A DNA stretch of 64,000 bases from Octopus sinensis (taxonomy: Eukaryota). Made by a program: the position numbers and the translations under genes. This document shows, in pieces, positions 1 to 13,070 of this stretch (its first letter is position 1; the number at the start of each line of letters is the position of its first letter). The stretch lies in NCBI RefSeq assembly GCF_006345805.1, contig NC_042998.1:76818001-76882000 (forward strand), written 5' to 3'. The notes below the pieces were generated by a model that saw only the letters and a program-made list of their open reading frames with translations, did not search any database and was not told where the DNA came from.

Positions 1-32
1 ACTGGTCAAAACCTTTCTAAGTTATTCTAAGT

Positions 33-87
<55 letters not shown>

Positions 88-96
88 AATATATAT

Positions 97-130
<34 letters not shown>

Positions 131-392
131 GTATATAATATATATATATAACATATATAATATATACAACATATATGATATATGCATATATAATATATAT
201 ATAAAATATATGATATGATACATATATATAACATATATATGATATATATATATATATATATATAATATATAATATGTATATAATATATATATAATAGGTT
301 TACAATATATATAATGTATATATATATATAATATATAATATATATACACATAATAATGTAATATGTATATATATAATATATATATATATATA
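33..392. repeat. (TA)n-rich degenerate microsatellite
   Basis: TA dinucleotide run with interruptions; the overlapping YI-repeat ORFs are artefacts. Confidence 0.95.
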
Positions 393-404
393 ATCTCTTT
401 ATTT

Positions 405-555
405 TCTCTTTTCATTTTCTTTCCTTGTTTCTTTCAGTGTTCCTCTCTGTGGAAGAGCGTAGGCTCGAAACGTTAAAGACTTTTCACTTCCCGTGCGTTA
501 AACTAATACATCTGATTGTTGTCTAGAACACCTGCCTTTTTTGTGAATTTTCCCT
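405..555 (+). mobile_element. Penelope-like terminal (pLTR) fragment, family A, carrying a hammerhead-like motif
   Basis: CTGTGGA-AGAGCGTAGGCTC-GAAACGTT-AAAGA, then a T-rich tail ending ...TTTCCC(TA)n; homologous to 13147-13282 and 15604-15760. Confidence 0.65.
442..479 (+). ncRNA. minimal type I hammerhead-ribozyme-like motif (CUGUNGA core variant)
   Basis: core CTGTGGA, helix II GAGC-gtag-GCTC, GAAAC GTT, imperfect helix I. Confidence 0.45.
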
Positions 556-1336
556 ATATATATAATCTCGCATGCATACAGATTGATATGTACATATCTG
601 TATATATTATATACACATATACATACGTACACATGGATATATACATGTGTAAGTATGTATGTATAGATCTATGTGTGCGCGCGTGTGTGTAATTTATAGA
701 AAAGTAAAAAAAATAATACGTATAAATATGAGAATTCGATTTCAAGTATATCCATCCTGCATATCTCACTTTTATCATTTTCGTATAAAAAGAAGGTTCG
801 AAAACTTTCAAACAATAAATATATTTCAATATTTTGTCTGTTTGGGCATTAGGATTACTTTTCATATATTTAGACTGTTTATCATTTAAAGGTTGAAGAT
901 AAGACCGATATGATCGTCAATGAAATTAAAAGTGAAAATTCTTCACAGTATAACTGTAGAACAAACATTTGATATAAATCTGGTAAAATTGTGAAATATA
1001 CTTGAATTGAAAACTACATCTTTGGAAGTTACGTGACGAATATATAACTGTATACAGTATATACAGCCATCCATCCACTCACACATCCATATATAAGCAA
1101 ATATAGTTTATCTCAATATCCTTTTTTTCCCTTTGCTCTATATACGTACATAGTTATATGATATATATATATATATATATATATACATACATGTGTGTGT
1201 ATATATATTGCCAAGTTGATCTGCCCCACATGTATTGACCCTGTTAATGCTAGTCTTAGTTACAGAGAATACTTATAAATATTAAACATTACGTAATAGG
1301 CAAGTCTAAGTGCCATGTTCACTATTTACAATATCT

Positions 1337-1555
1337 AAGGCGGCGAGCTGGCAGAATCATTGGCATGCCGGGTAAAATGCTTTTGCGGCATTTCGTCCGT
1401 CTTTACTCTCGGAGTTAAAATTTTTTCGAGGTCGACTTTGACTTTCATCATTTTGGAATCGATAGAATAAGTATCAGTTGAACACAGGTCGATGTAACCG
1501 ACTTACTCCCTTCCTAGAAATTGCTGGCCTTGAGCCAAAATTTGAAAGCAATATT
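1337..1555 (+). mobile_element. tRNA-derived SINE, family 1 (AAGGCGGCGAGCTGGCAGAATC head)
   Basis: A-box-like head; central GAGGTCGACTTTG..TTTCATC..TCGATA.AATAAGTA.CAG; many homologous copies in the window. Confidence 0.85.
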
Positions 1556-1640
1556 TGCAATATCTACTTGAAAGAAGAAAAAGATTTATCTGGTTTGTCT
1601 CAATCCCCCATTGGGATTTCTTCAGTCAAGAAATACACAT

Positions 1641-1661
1641 CTATCTATCTATCTTCTCTCT

Positions 1662-1753
<92 letters not shown>

Positions 1754-1807
1754 GATATCTATGTGAATACACATACAAACACACATACATACATACATAC
1801 ACACACC

Positions 1808-1845
<38 letters not shown>

Positions 1846-1860
1846 CATGCATATATGTAT
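1641..1860. repeat. compound (TATC)/(CT)/(CA)/(TA) microsatellite
   Basis: direct inspection. Confidence 0.9.
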
Positions 1861-2849
1861 ACACAGAAATGCACATACATCCATATATACTTATATACAT
1901 ACTTTAAACAAAGAAGCATACGTAAATTACCCATATACAGGCATCTATCAATCCTCAGTGACAAACCATAACTTCTATTACAGACGAAGCGATTGCGTCG
2001 TTTACTGCTGAAGGAGACTACGTTCACATCTGGTCATTAGAGTGTGTATTCGAGTCCTCTATTTGCGGAAAGTATGTATGCCCATGTCGATCGTTGATGA
2101 AAGGAAATGAAGTGGTGGTTACCTTCATGTGTTTTCTCGATATATTGGATATAGTATCTCGATCTCCCTCATGTCACACTGTCGTATTAAATAAAGAAGC
2201 GTCATGTCTGATAATATGGTAAGAAAATAATCATGGTCTCTGAAGATGGCAAGGATACTGATGAATAGCTTTGATTGTAGACCATTTGACTAATTTCGAT
2301 CTGGAGCTAAAGAAAGAGTTTACAGAAAAGTGAGGTGTAAAGGGGAGTGAAGACCACGAGAAAGACTGCGTTTACTATAGTAAGCCATGTTGGTCAATGC
2401 GTATTATCGGAGTAAGAATATCTCAGGACAAAGCTGTTTTGAAATAGTATAATCGTTTACTGATAACGAAGGCCAAAGTTGCAGCAGAAAGTCTTCCTTT
2501 AGAAACGTTAATTTTACCTTTAGGTGTTGACATTGAAAGCAATAATACCAAAATAGTTGCTTCACATTTAGAATAGGATAAACTGTCATACTATTGATTA
2601 TTATAGGACGGAACCCAAATAATTTCGGAAGATTGTAGGCCTGCTACCTGCTGGATATGAGGTTCATAATAGGGTAGGCTGAAAGATTCATCAGCTGACT
2701 TTGGAGGAGTGATGCTAGAACTGTGAAATATTGCATGCATTTCAACCCTTCTTACTTATAACTGTTTAATTTCTTTCGGTGGAAACTGACAGCTGACTGC
2801 TGAAAGAAGACTTCAAATGTAATTAGTAGCGACTTCTGAAAATCGACAA

Positions 2850-3202
2850 AAGTTGACATCGGGGTGTGACGAAGTGGCTGTAGAAAAAAGGTTTAACCCC
2901 TAAGGACATTCATGCTGGCATGGTGGCTACTTTTAGAGATGATGTTCCAGGTTTATCACCAGTACAAAAGTGGGTAGCTGAATTTAGGAGCGGAAGGGAG
3001 AGTCTTGAAGACGACTCAAGATTTGGACTTCTGCATGAGCCACCACCGAGGAAAACATTGGTGACGGATGCCAGCTGATTGACTATTAATATAAATAGCA
3101 ATGGTATTAGCATATCCTGTGAGAGAATTGAGAACATTCTGCACAATGAAATCGGCATGACGAAAGTTTCTGCTCGATGGGTGCCACGTCTTCTAACACC
3201 CC
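2850..3202 (+). mobile_element. mariner transposase N-terminal fragment (degenerate)
   Basis: translates KGLTPKDIHAGMVATFRDD..VQKWVAEFRSGRESLEDD and, further on, KVSARWVPRLLT (mariner HTH plus WVPHEL-type motif). Confidence 0.8.
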
Positions 3203-3329
3203 TTAAGTGAGGGGGCATATTTTACCCGAAACTCATCATTTAACTACCTAAATATCTATGTATATATACGCATGCACACACACACACATTTATATATATA
3301 TATATATCTTAAGAATAGTTAAATTAGGT

Positions 3330-3665
3330 TCTTAAGTTGCATTCTGGTAACGTAAGTATTTTAACAATAATTATTTATCCATCATATAATGAAGTATCAA
3401 TTGTTTGTCAGTCGAGTTGTGGACAAAAGAAGAAAGACAAGGCCACACTCAAGACAACATTGAAAAGATGTTGTGACTTAGTGCAGTTTACTTGGAAGCA
3501 TCTTGTTCAGATTACCCATTGTAGCATATTGATGTGTGTTCTGGAGTTCAGCATTCTGAATCTGATATGACCAGAAAAGCTAAAAAGAAGAGAGTTGCAC
3601 GGAAAGCAAGAGTCCCACAGGACCTTGACTGATGTTAGGTGCCCCCCTTGTAACTGTATACCTCA
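3330..3665 (+). mobile_element. RTE-type LINE 3' ORF fragment (degenerate)
   Basis: GQKKKDKATLKTTLKRC..TWKHLVQ resembles the RTE C-terminal GGQKKRYKDTLK..WE.LAQDR region; paralogue at 13300-13562. Confidence 0.6.
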
Positions 3666-3894
3666 AGGCGAAATTGACCTAAAAAAACCTCCTCAGGGCT
3701 TACAAACATTAAAGTTGATAACCTCATCGCCTTCTGGGACATGAATTACTGTCTCTCTATCTATCTATCTTTCTATCTGTTTGTGTATCTATCTATCTAT
3801 TATATATGCATTACATATGTCATTATTCAATTTTTATTTCACCATTTCTTGCTAATAAAGAAAGCGCAAGTTTCTCTCACTCCCCTCTCTCTCT

Positions 3895-3897
3895 CTG

Positions 3898-3928
<31 letters not shown>

Positions 3929-3934
3929 TATATA

Positions 3935-3996
<62 letters not shown>

Positions 3997-4043
3997 CATA
4001 TACATATGAATATACATATATAAATATATATATAAATAGATAC

Positions 4044-4078
<35 letters not shown>

Positions 4079-4116
4079 TACATATATATATATACACACA
4101 TAAATATATAAATAGC

Positions 4117-4185
<69 letters not shown>

Positions 4186-4198
4186 GTACATATATATA

Positions 4199-4241
<43 letters not shown>

Positions 4242-4277
4242 ATACACATATATATAAATAGATATACGTATATATTA

Positions 4278-4353
<76 letters not shown>

Positions 4354-4370
4354 ATATATACATATATAAT
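3895..4370. repeat. (TA)n microsatellite
   Basis: direct inspection. Confidence 0.95.
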
Positions 4371-4439
4371 TCCAACTCTGTTTTTTATGGTTTATTTATA
4401 TTCTTTTTAATATTAATGTAGAATATAGAATATAGTAGG

Positions 4440-4580
4440 TGCAGATATAACTCTCTACTTGAGTGGGCCATAGTGCCCAAATTCTGACTTGAAAGACTTC
4501 ATCAGGTGGTGCTATTAAGTTAGACATGGCCTGGGCCAATAATGGCCGAAACCTATCAAAGTATCAAAGTATAGTATAAA
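4440..4580 (+). mobile_element. LINE 3' tail fragment (ATCAGGTGGTGCTATTAAGTTAGACATGGCCTGGGCC...GGCCGAAACC)
   Basis: same tail follows the LINE at 7675-8337, where a mariner interrupts it, and recurs at 13035-13070. Confidence 0.55.
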
Positions 4581-4716
4581 TAGTATATATAGTAAAATGA
4601 AATGAAGTATTGATTGTCTTATTGAATAGATGAAATATTGAATATCAAATATTAAGGGACTAGTATACTTTCTTTCATTAAAGCAAGGTCTTAGATTGTG
4701 ACAGGAGTGTTTCAAT

Positions 4717-4827
<111 letters not shown>

Positions 4828-4894
4828 ATATATAAATATACATATATATATATAATATGTACATATATATATATAAATATAAATATAGTGGTTT

Positions 4895-5445
4895 TTACAG
4901 TGGCCCTCTCAGATATGACCTTAAGTGCCCTGACAGCCACCCTTGAAAGCTACGCAGATGATACGAATGTTTCGCAGAAAATACAGAATCCCAGCGATGT
5001 TGCACACCTGCACCAGGAGTAGGACTCAATTTACAGACGTGCTAAGGATAATATGCAGTTTAATGCAGGGAAATTCCAAGCCCTGCGCTATAAGCATCCA
5101 AAACTGAATATGAACTACAGAGTACACTTGCCCACAGGAAATTTCAATCACAGAACCTAAATCAGTGAGGGACCTAGGTACAGAAATGAGTGATGATACC
5201 TTTTTCTAAGTGTACATTACCAGGTGGCGACAAAGTGCAGACGACTGGCTGGATGGATCCTGAGAACATTTAGAACCAGAGATAAGGAAACCCTGATGGT
5301 CTTCTGGAGGACATTCGTCCTCAGCCCCTTGGATTACTGCTCATAGCTATGGTCACCCACCAGTGTGAAATTAACAGCGGATCATGAAGCAATCCACAGA
5401 AGATTCACCAAAAAATCGACTCTTTGCAGCTGCGCAACTACCAGG
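4895..5445 (+). mobile_element. CR1/L2-group LINE reverse transcriptase fragment (pseudogene)
   Basis: SYADDT motif, NMQFNAGKFQAL, WILRTFRTRD; homologous to 31300-31850. Confidence 0.85.
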
Positions 5446-5495
5446 AATTTATATATATATATATATTTCAATAAATAAATAAATGAATGAATATT

Positions 5496-5605
<110 letters not shown>

Positions 5606-5607
5606 GA

Positions 5608-6438
5608 TATCTAGATTCATCTCCCTAGCTGTTGCCATGCTGGGACATCGCCATTTGGTGTTGCTACATAATTTTACTTCACGAATTCTTTTTAGGATTT
5701 GACATTAGGTGCATGAGGGAGTTTGATGCCGCTGCCCTTATCTCCACCTACTGCCGCAAAGTTGGCTTTTCTGGGACACTTGACAGTTTAGAGGTCCAGC
5801 TTATTTTGAAGACACCTACATCCAACTTTGCAGGTCTCTCAGATCCTTCGGGAGGATATTGAAGAGCAGTGGACCTCTGAAGACCAGGCTATGCACTATG
5901 CAGTGGCGCCCAGTTCTAGTATTTGTGTAACTCTCGATGCCAACGTTTGTAACAAGTTCTTCCAGGATCTTCCATATGTATATGATCGAATATCTTTTTT
6001 GACTACGCTCAAAGGAATAGAGTCTTAATTTCTTAATCTTTCCCAGTAGCTTATGTGCTGCATAGAAAGTATCGTTTTTGTGTAGCTTCGATAGATTGCC
6101 TCAAGTTCTGATATTAACTTGACACTGGGTGGTGACCATAGCTGAGAGCAATAGACAAAGTGGCTTAGGACAATTGTCCTCCAGAGAACCATCATGGTTT
6201 CCTTATTTCTTGTTCCAAAAGTTCTAAGAATCCATCTAGTCAGCCGCCTGCATTTCATTGCCAATTTAGCAACAAGCACATGGAAAGATGCACCATTACT
6301 CATGTAGATGCCCAGGTCTCGCACTGACCTTGGCTCTGTGAATGCAATCCCTCCAGGTCCAGTTTATTTAATGGGTATCCCATTTAGTTTTGCATGGTGA
6401 TAGCATAATGCTTGAAACTTTTCAGCATTAAACTGCAT
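5608..6438 (-). mobile_element. CR1/L2-group LINE 3' fragment with 3' tail (internally deleted)
   Basis: ORF 6025..6324 MRDLGIYMSN..LSHFVYCSQLWSP; reverse complement of 31460-32325, including the tail CCAAATGGCG.TG.CCCAGCATGGC. Confidence 0.9.
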
Positions 6439-6521
6439 GCTATTCTTTAACTCGGAGTTTTATTATGTAAACCGAAAAATGGTCAAACATTACATATATA
6501 TATATGTGTATGTGTGGGTGT

Positions 6522-6553
<32 letters not shown>

Positions 6554-6621
6554 GTATTTATATATATATATACAAAAATAAATATATATATGTATATAAA
6601 TATATGAATATGCATAGATAA

Positions 6622-6654
<33 letters not shown>

Positions 6655-6662
6655 ATATAATA

Positions 6663-6707
<45 letters not shown>

Positions 6708-6987
6708 CACATACACAAATATATAAATATTTCGTTTTGGGATTTGGTTGGCAGATACTTTATATGAGTTCGTTTGTTGAAGCATATTCTGTTGTGTCTG
6801 TTGAAAAGTTTGCAAGACGCAAAGAAAATTTTAGGATAATAAAAATAAGGAATAAGTGGTTATTTTACCGGGTTGTGTGTTAAATTATAAGGCACAAAAA
6901 GAAAATAACTCTTCCCTGACACACATTATAGATAAAAAAATATATATGTAAATATATTTATATAAATGTGCACTGTATCATCACTCA

Positions 6988-7041
<54 letters not shown>

Positions 7042-7119
7042 GGATGAAAAGGGACAGACGAGTTGATATATATGAAAAAACATGTCAAGATAGAACATGC
7101 TAAAATAATTTTATAAAGA

Positions 7120-7535
7120 ACATTTCAGTACAGGTTTCGGTCATTTGAAACCTTTTCAACTGTAACAATTAAAAAATTAAATTTAGAAAAATTAAAACAA
7201 GAGTTTTTTTTAAAGAATATTTGTATAGTGTTCATATATAAGTGGCATGTTCCTTGTTTCTGCCTTTCTCTGTCTCTCTTGTTTGCTCTTGTGGGTTCAA
7301 GGTCCATGTGAATTCTTGGTAGGGAAGAAGAAGAGAAGAAGAAGAAGAAGAAGAAGAAGAAGAAGGAGAAGGAGGAGAAGGGGAGAAGGGGAGGAAGAAT
7401 TTGGGATTGCCTTGATTGTCGTTGGTCAGTGGTTGCTAGCACTTTCTGCTGTTCAATTCATGAAAATATTTCTATTGGAAGGTTTGTTTATAGAATTTGC
7501 GTAGGTGTTATACTAAAAAGCATTAGTAATAAAGT
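7120..7535 (-). mobile_element. Penelope-like element 3'/terminal fragment, family B
   Basis: homologous to 10590-11200, with the same terminal motif and internal (AAG)n; hammerhead-like motif at 7126-7162. Confidence 0.6.
7126..7162 (-). ncRNA. minimal hammerhead-like motif with U3-A8 core (UUGAAAA)
   Basis: minus strand reads CAG TTGAAAA GGTT-tcaaat-GACC GAAAC CT GTA CTG: helix I CAG/CTG, helix II 4 bp, GUA triplet. Confidence 0.5.
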
Positions 7536-7674
7536 TAAGGAGAAGAGGGGGGAGAAGAAGAAGAAGATGAAGATGATGATGGCGATGACGATGATGATAA
7601 TGATGATGATGATGAAGAAGAAGAAGAAGAAAGAGAAGGGTCTCTTTCTTCTTCTTCTTCTTCTTCTTCTTCTC

Positions 7675-8337
7675 AGTTGGAGTGCTCACATCAACAATAA
7701 GGTCGATATAGCTCGCATGATGAGCCCCTGGATATTAAGAACCTTCCAGTCCACAGAACAAGGTGTCATCATTCCACTTTTCTCCTACTTTGTACGGCCA
7801 CACCTCGAATACTACTGCCCCTTGTGGTCTCCCCATACAAAACAAAACATCTCGAAAATTGAATCACCCCAGAAGGCTTTCAGTAAACGAATTAAAGGCA
7901 TGACTGATCTAGATTACTGGGACAGCCTTAAAGCCTTGAAACTCTCTCCCGCGCCGCCTCGAGCGGTACATCATTTGCACGATGTGGAGAATATACCGCT
8001 AGCATTGCCCAAACCACCTGAACATTAGCTTCAAGATTCATCCAAGACTGGGACCACGGGTGATGCGTCCCCTGCCCAATTCAGGTTCACAACATGTAGG
8101 TATACTGCGACAAAATTTCGTTTCTTCACAGGCCCTGCCCTGTTTAACATTGTCCCAAAACTGATCAAAGAAGAATAGGATCCCATCACCTTTAAAGTGA
8201 GTCTGGACAAATTTCTTCAAGGAATACCAGATAAGCCACCAATACCTGGATACAACACACATTCACCAAAACCTCTCTACTTGATACCACAAAACTTGAC
8301 TTAAAAAGGATTTAAATAATCCTATCAGGTGGCGATA
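7675..8337 (+). mobile_element. CR1/Jockey-group LINE 3' fragment (second family)
   Basis: LSWSAHINNKVD..WILRTF..FVRPHLEYYCPLWSPH; the 3' tail is split by a mariner and resumes at 9854-9880. Confidence 0.85.
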
Positions 8338-9853
8338 TTAGGTTGTCAAGAATGTTCTTGCGGTTTTCAACATTTAAATTCAGATGCACATATCTCGGCT
8401 CAAACAAAACTTTATTAATCGAAATAAAGATCATCATAATCAACACACTTTTGCCAATGCGAATCAAATTTATTTATGCCAGTATCGTAAAAATCCTGCG
8501 TTCTGGTGGCTATAAAGTCGTTGAAGGTGTGTTTGGCATCGTCTTGGTTTGGCATCGTCTTGGTCACGCAGGAAGTTGTCGAGATGCTTGAAATAGTGAT
8601 AATTGGTAGGCGTGAGGTCTGGTGAGTATGGTGGATGAGGTAGAGTTTCGTAGCCCAATTCGTTCAACTTCTGCAGGGTCAGTTGTGCGACGTGCGGCCG
8701 CGCGTGGTCGTGGAGAAGAAGTGTTCCTTTTCTATTGACCAATGCTGGTTGTTGTCGGAGTTTCTTATGCATTTCATCCATTTGCTGACAGTACTTCTCC
8801 GCCGTAATGGATTCGGCTGGATCCAAAATCTGTGATGAATGAGACCGGCTGCAGACAACCAAAGATTCACCAACCGTTTTTTGATGCAACTTTGACTTCG
8901 GGAAAAGCTGTGGAGCTTCGTCGGCGTCCAACCATTAAGTTGAGCGTCGCCAGTTGTATAAAGAATCCAGTTTTCATCGCAAGTATCAATCTGGAAGGCG
9001 GCGAGCTGGCAGAATCGTTAGCACACCGGGCGAAATGCTTAGCGGTATTTCGTCTGCCGTTACGTTCTGAGTTCAAATTCCGCTGAGGTCGACTTTGCCT
9101 TTCATCCTTTCGGGGTCTATAAATTAAGTATCAGTTACGCACTGGGGTCGATATAATCGACTTAACTCCTTTGTCTGTCCTTCTTTGTCCCCTCCTTGTT
9201 TAGCCCCTCGTTGGCAATAAAGAAATAAGTATTAATCTGGTCGAGAAACGAGTCGTTCTTGCTGCGTAAAAGAAGGTAAGACGACACTTCAAAACGGCGT
9301 CTTTTTTGGTTGTCATTCAATTCGTGCAGTACCCATTTTTCAAGTATTTTTGTTTTTCTAATCTCTTTCAAGTGGTTGGAAATTGTCGTATACGTTACAT
9401 CTAATTTAGAAGCAAACTCTCGAACTGTTGTGCGTAGATTCGCTTCCACTAAGGCTCTAAGTTGATCGTTGTCAACATCTGATGGCCAACCACTACGCTT
9501 ATCCTCTTCAAGACTCCCGTCACCGCTACGAAATTTCTTGAACAACCATGGTGCTGTACGTTCATTAGTGGGTTCTAGGCCAAATGCATCGTTGATATCG
9601 CGAGCTGTTTCAGCAGCCTTTTGGCCTAGCTTTAAATGGAATAAGAAAATTGTGCGAATTTGCCTTTACTCCATGTTGTATTCAACGTTCCTGAAAAAAT
9701 ATTTAAAAAGAAAAAGAGTAACACGATTCGATAGGGCGAAAACGGGCTTTAAAATGATATATAAAGTAAAAGTAATTTAACGAAAATTAATTTGAAAATA
9801 CATAATTTCAACCCAAAATTAAAAATTCATCAAGAACTTTCATGATAACCTAA
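8338..9853 (-). mobile_element. TIR-to-TIR mariner transposon with disrupted transposase
   Basis: TIRs TTAGGTTGTCAAGAATGTTCTTG and CAAGAACTTTCATGATAACCTAA; TA on both sides (8336-8337, 9854-9855); motifs KWVLHEL, LLHDHARPHVA, HPPYSPDLTP; stops, frameshifts and a SINE insertion. Confidence 0.95.
8995..9226 (+). mobile_element. SINE family 1, complete copy with 14-bp TSD
   Basis: TSD AAGTATCAATCTGG (8981-8994) and AAGTATTAATCTGG (9227-9240); B-box-like GAGTTCAAATTCC. Confidence 0.95.
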
Positions 9854-9893
9854 TATTAAGATAGACATGGCCTGGACCATGTATATATTTAAG

Positions 9894-9951
<58 letters not shown>

Positions 9952-10433
9952 TATATCTTTGAAGTTCTGTATTTGTGTGAATGTGTATAGAATAATCAGT
10001 TGAATAAAGTTAAAACATGGTATGATTTTCACGTCTTTTATTATGGTATTTTAATATTTTAACATTAAAAAAAATGTTATAATACTCATAAAGTTAAATT
10101 AACGCTTTCATACATAGCGTACTTATTAGATTTCAAATGTGTTTAACTAATAGTTGAGTTCTTGACAACTTTAGTGCCTCTGAGAACACTCCAGGGAATG
10201 CATTATCGGAACGCTTACGAGTCCACAGACCACAAATCCAGAACACTGACGTTCGCCAAATTGCACTGAGCGAACATACAGAGACATGTGGTCAGAAAAT
10301 GCTTCCAATTTCTCCCTTCCACAAATTACATGGCACAAATGAGGTTGTAAGAAACACAAAATAAAAACGTTTCATCAAAATGCTCAAACCCGAACGGAAA
10401 CAACAGTAATAATACTAATCAACGATGTGGATT

Positions 10434-10478
<45 letters not shown>

Positions 10479-10498
10479 TTACCATCATTACACTACAC

Positions 10499-10589
<91 letters not shown>

Positions 10590-10592
<3 letters not shown>

Positions 10593-10889
10593 GAAAATTC
10601 TAAAATAATTTGATCATGAAAAACCTTTTAGTACCGGTTTCAGTCTTCGCAACTTTTTTAACTTAGAGTAAAATCTGGAAAACAATTAAATTGTGGAAAA
10701 ATTAAATGAAATGTTTTTTAAAAAATATTTCCATAGCTTTCAAATACAAAGGACATTTTCCTTTTTTCTGTCTGTCTGTTTCTCTTTTTTACTCTTGTGA
10801 AGGCTTGGTAGTAGGTAGTAGTAATCCTAAAAGTATATTTGATATGAGTTCTTGGTTTTGATTGTTTAAGCAGCAGTAGCCAAGAAGAA

Positions 10890-10924
<35 letters not shown>

Positions 10925-11790
10925 AGAAGAAGAAGAAGAAGAAGAAGAAGAAGAAGAAGAAGAAGAAGAAGAAGAAGAAGAAGAAGAAGAAGAAGAAGAA
11001 AAGGGAGTAGGAAAAGAAGAAAAATATGGGAGTGATATGACAGTCGTAAGATGTTGGTGGAATCCTCTTAAATGTTCAAGTGACCCTAAAGTGTTTTGTT
11101 GTGGTTGTAATAGTAGAGATTGGAATTGTTCTGAATAAATTCATGGGCAGTGACTGTTCTGAATATATCGTTTTTAATATTTGCGTGGATATTATACTAA
11201 GGCCCTTCTAGTAGTGTCATTCGTGGTGGATGCATTAAAATAGGGTTTATATTATGTGATAAAAAAATGACTCTTTGCTAATGCGCTGATGGTAAGTTAC
11301 ATCGTCCCTGAATTTATAGAGGGGAAAATTCTGAGGCTGGGTTGTTTGTTAGTGGGGCAAATGTCGATCTGTTCGCTGAATGCTATTTTTCTGTATTCTC
11401 GAATTCTGATCTGGGATCTATGTAGAATCGTCCTTCGAGGTAAACTGTTTTGGTTTCGCCTATGTATTGCGCAATTTAATACATATATTAAGTTTTCCGA
11501 AGCACATGTGAAGTTGTTTTTTTCACTGTAAAACGTTGGTCTTATTTGAAAGAGAACTCCGATCCCTCAATTAGGTTGATGCAAATTTCACAGCTAGGTC
11601 TTCCGCATTTTTAACTGACGACTTCAATATTGTTGTCGAGTGTACTTGGGCTTGTGTTAGGGGACTTTTCATAGATTTGTGTTGCCTTTTGGTCTTAAAG
11701 ATGGTGTGCGTTTGGAGGATTAAATTCATTCTGTGGTCCCTTTTTAGTAGGGGAATGTTCTGGAGGATGGTGTCGAAGGCTTCATTATTA
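10590..11790 (-). mobile_element. Penelope-like retroelement remnant (GIY-YIG endonuclease region plus terminal repeat), family B
   Basis: minus strand: HNPLNNEAFDTILQNIPLLKRD..KTKRQHKS, then NFTCASENLIYVLNC (GIY-YIG-like); hammerhead-like motif at 10630-10663; flanked by (TA)n. Confidence 0.75.
10881..11000. repeat. (AAG)n microsatellite
   Basis: direct inspection. Confidence 0.95.
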
Positions 11791-11839
11791 AGGGGGTTGT
11801 GTATGGGATGTATATGTATGTATATATTTATATATATAC

Positions 11840-12205
11840 CACATGGTTCCGGGTTCAGTCCCACTGCGTGGCATCTTGGGCAAATGTCTTCTGCTATAGC
11901 CCCGGGCCGACCAATGCCTTGTGAGTGGATTTGGTAGACGGAAACTGAAAGAAGCCTGTCGTATATATGTATATATATATATATGTATGTGTGTATATGT
12001 TTGTGTGTCTGTATTTGTCCCCCTAGCATTGCTTGACAACCGATGCTGGTGTGTTTACGCCTCCGTCACTTAGCGGTTCGGCAAAAAGAGACCGATAGAA
12101 TAAGTACTGGGCTTACAAAAAAATGTCCCGGGGTCGATTTGCTCGACTAAAGGCGGTGCTCCAGCATGGCCGCAGTCAAATGACTGAAATAAGTAAAAGA
12201 GTAAA
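11840..12205 (+). mobile_element. tRNA-derived SINE, family 2 (5'-truncated; CORE-like centre, LINE-derived tail)
   Basis: B-box-like GGTTCAGTCCC; CATCTTGGGCAAATGTCTT; tail GGCGGTGCTCCAGCATGGCCGCAGTCAAATGACTGAAA matches the LINE 3' end near 32280. Confidence 0.85.
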
Positions 12206-12744
12206 GGTGTATATGTATATAAATGCATACATACATATGTGTGTGTGTACAGATATGTGCACACACACCCCGCCACATATATGTAGTGTAACTGAGGACA
12301 ACCTGAAAATATATATTTCAGATAATTCGATGATGTATTACATATGTGTCAATAATGAATAATCTAATCAATTACAAATCATTTCATCTGAGAACGGAAA
12401 TATCAAATTATTGTCGACGTCTAATGAACTGATCTATAATTGATTTGAAGACTGATTGTTGAGATGTATGTAATAAAATATCTTACACAAATAATTTGCG
12501 TTGTGGTTTTTGTTCTGTTAAAATATACGTTGTTCTTATTAATACGTTATCACGCAAATCCATATTTATGCTTCACTGAGTGTATGACGAGGGTGTGGAA
12601 TTTAAACTTTCTGTAAAATTTTGGCATATTTAGCGCATCAAGAACTCTATTTTTTCTTCTTGAGCCTCAGTATTTATTAGTGAGGATACTCGGATTCCAG
12701 GCGTACTAATGACCGAAATCGTAACATCTCCCCCATCATGAAAA

Positions 12745-12895
<151 letters not shown>

Positions 12896-13070
12896 AAATG
12901 CGAAGTAATGCCGAAGTATTCTAATTATGCTATTTCAGAAGGTTCAGAAAATATACAATTAAATGTCAACTTAGAGAATGGGTTATGACAACCAAAGAAT
13001 GACCGTGATATGAAGTATCTTTAAATGTTTTTTTCAGGTGATGCTATTAAGTGAGGCATGACTTGGGCCA

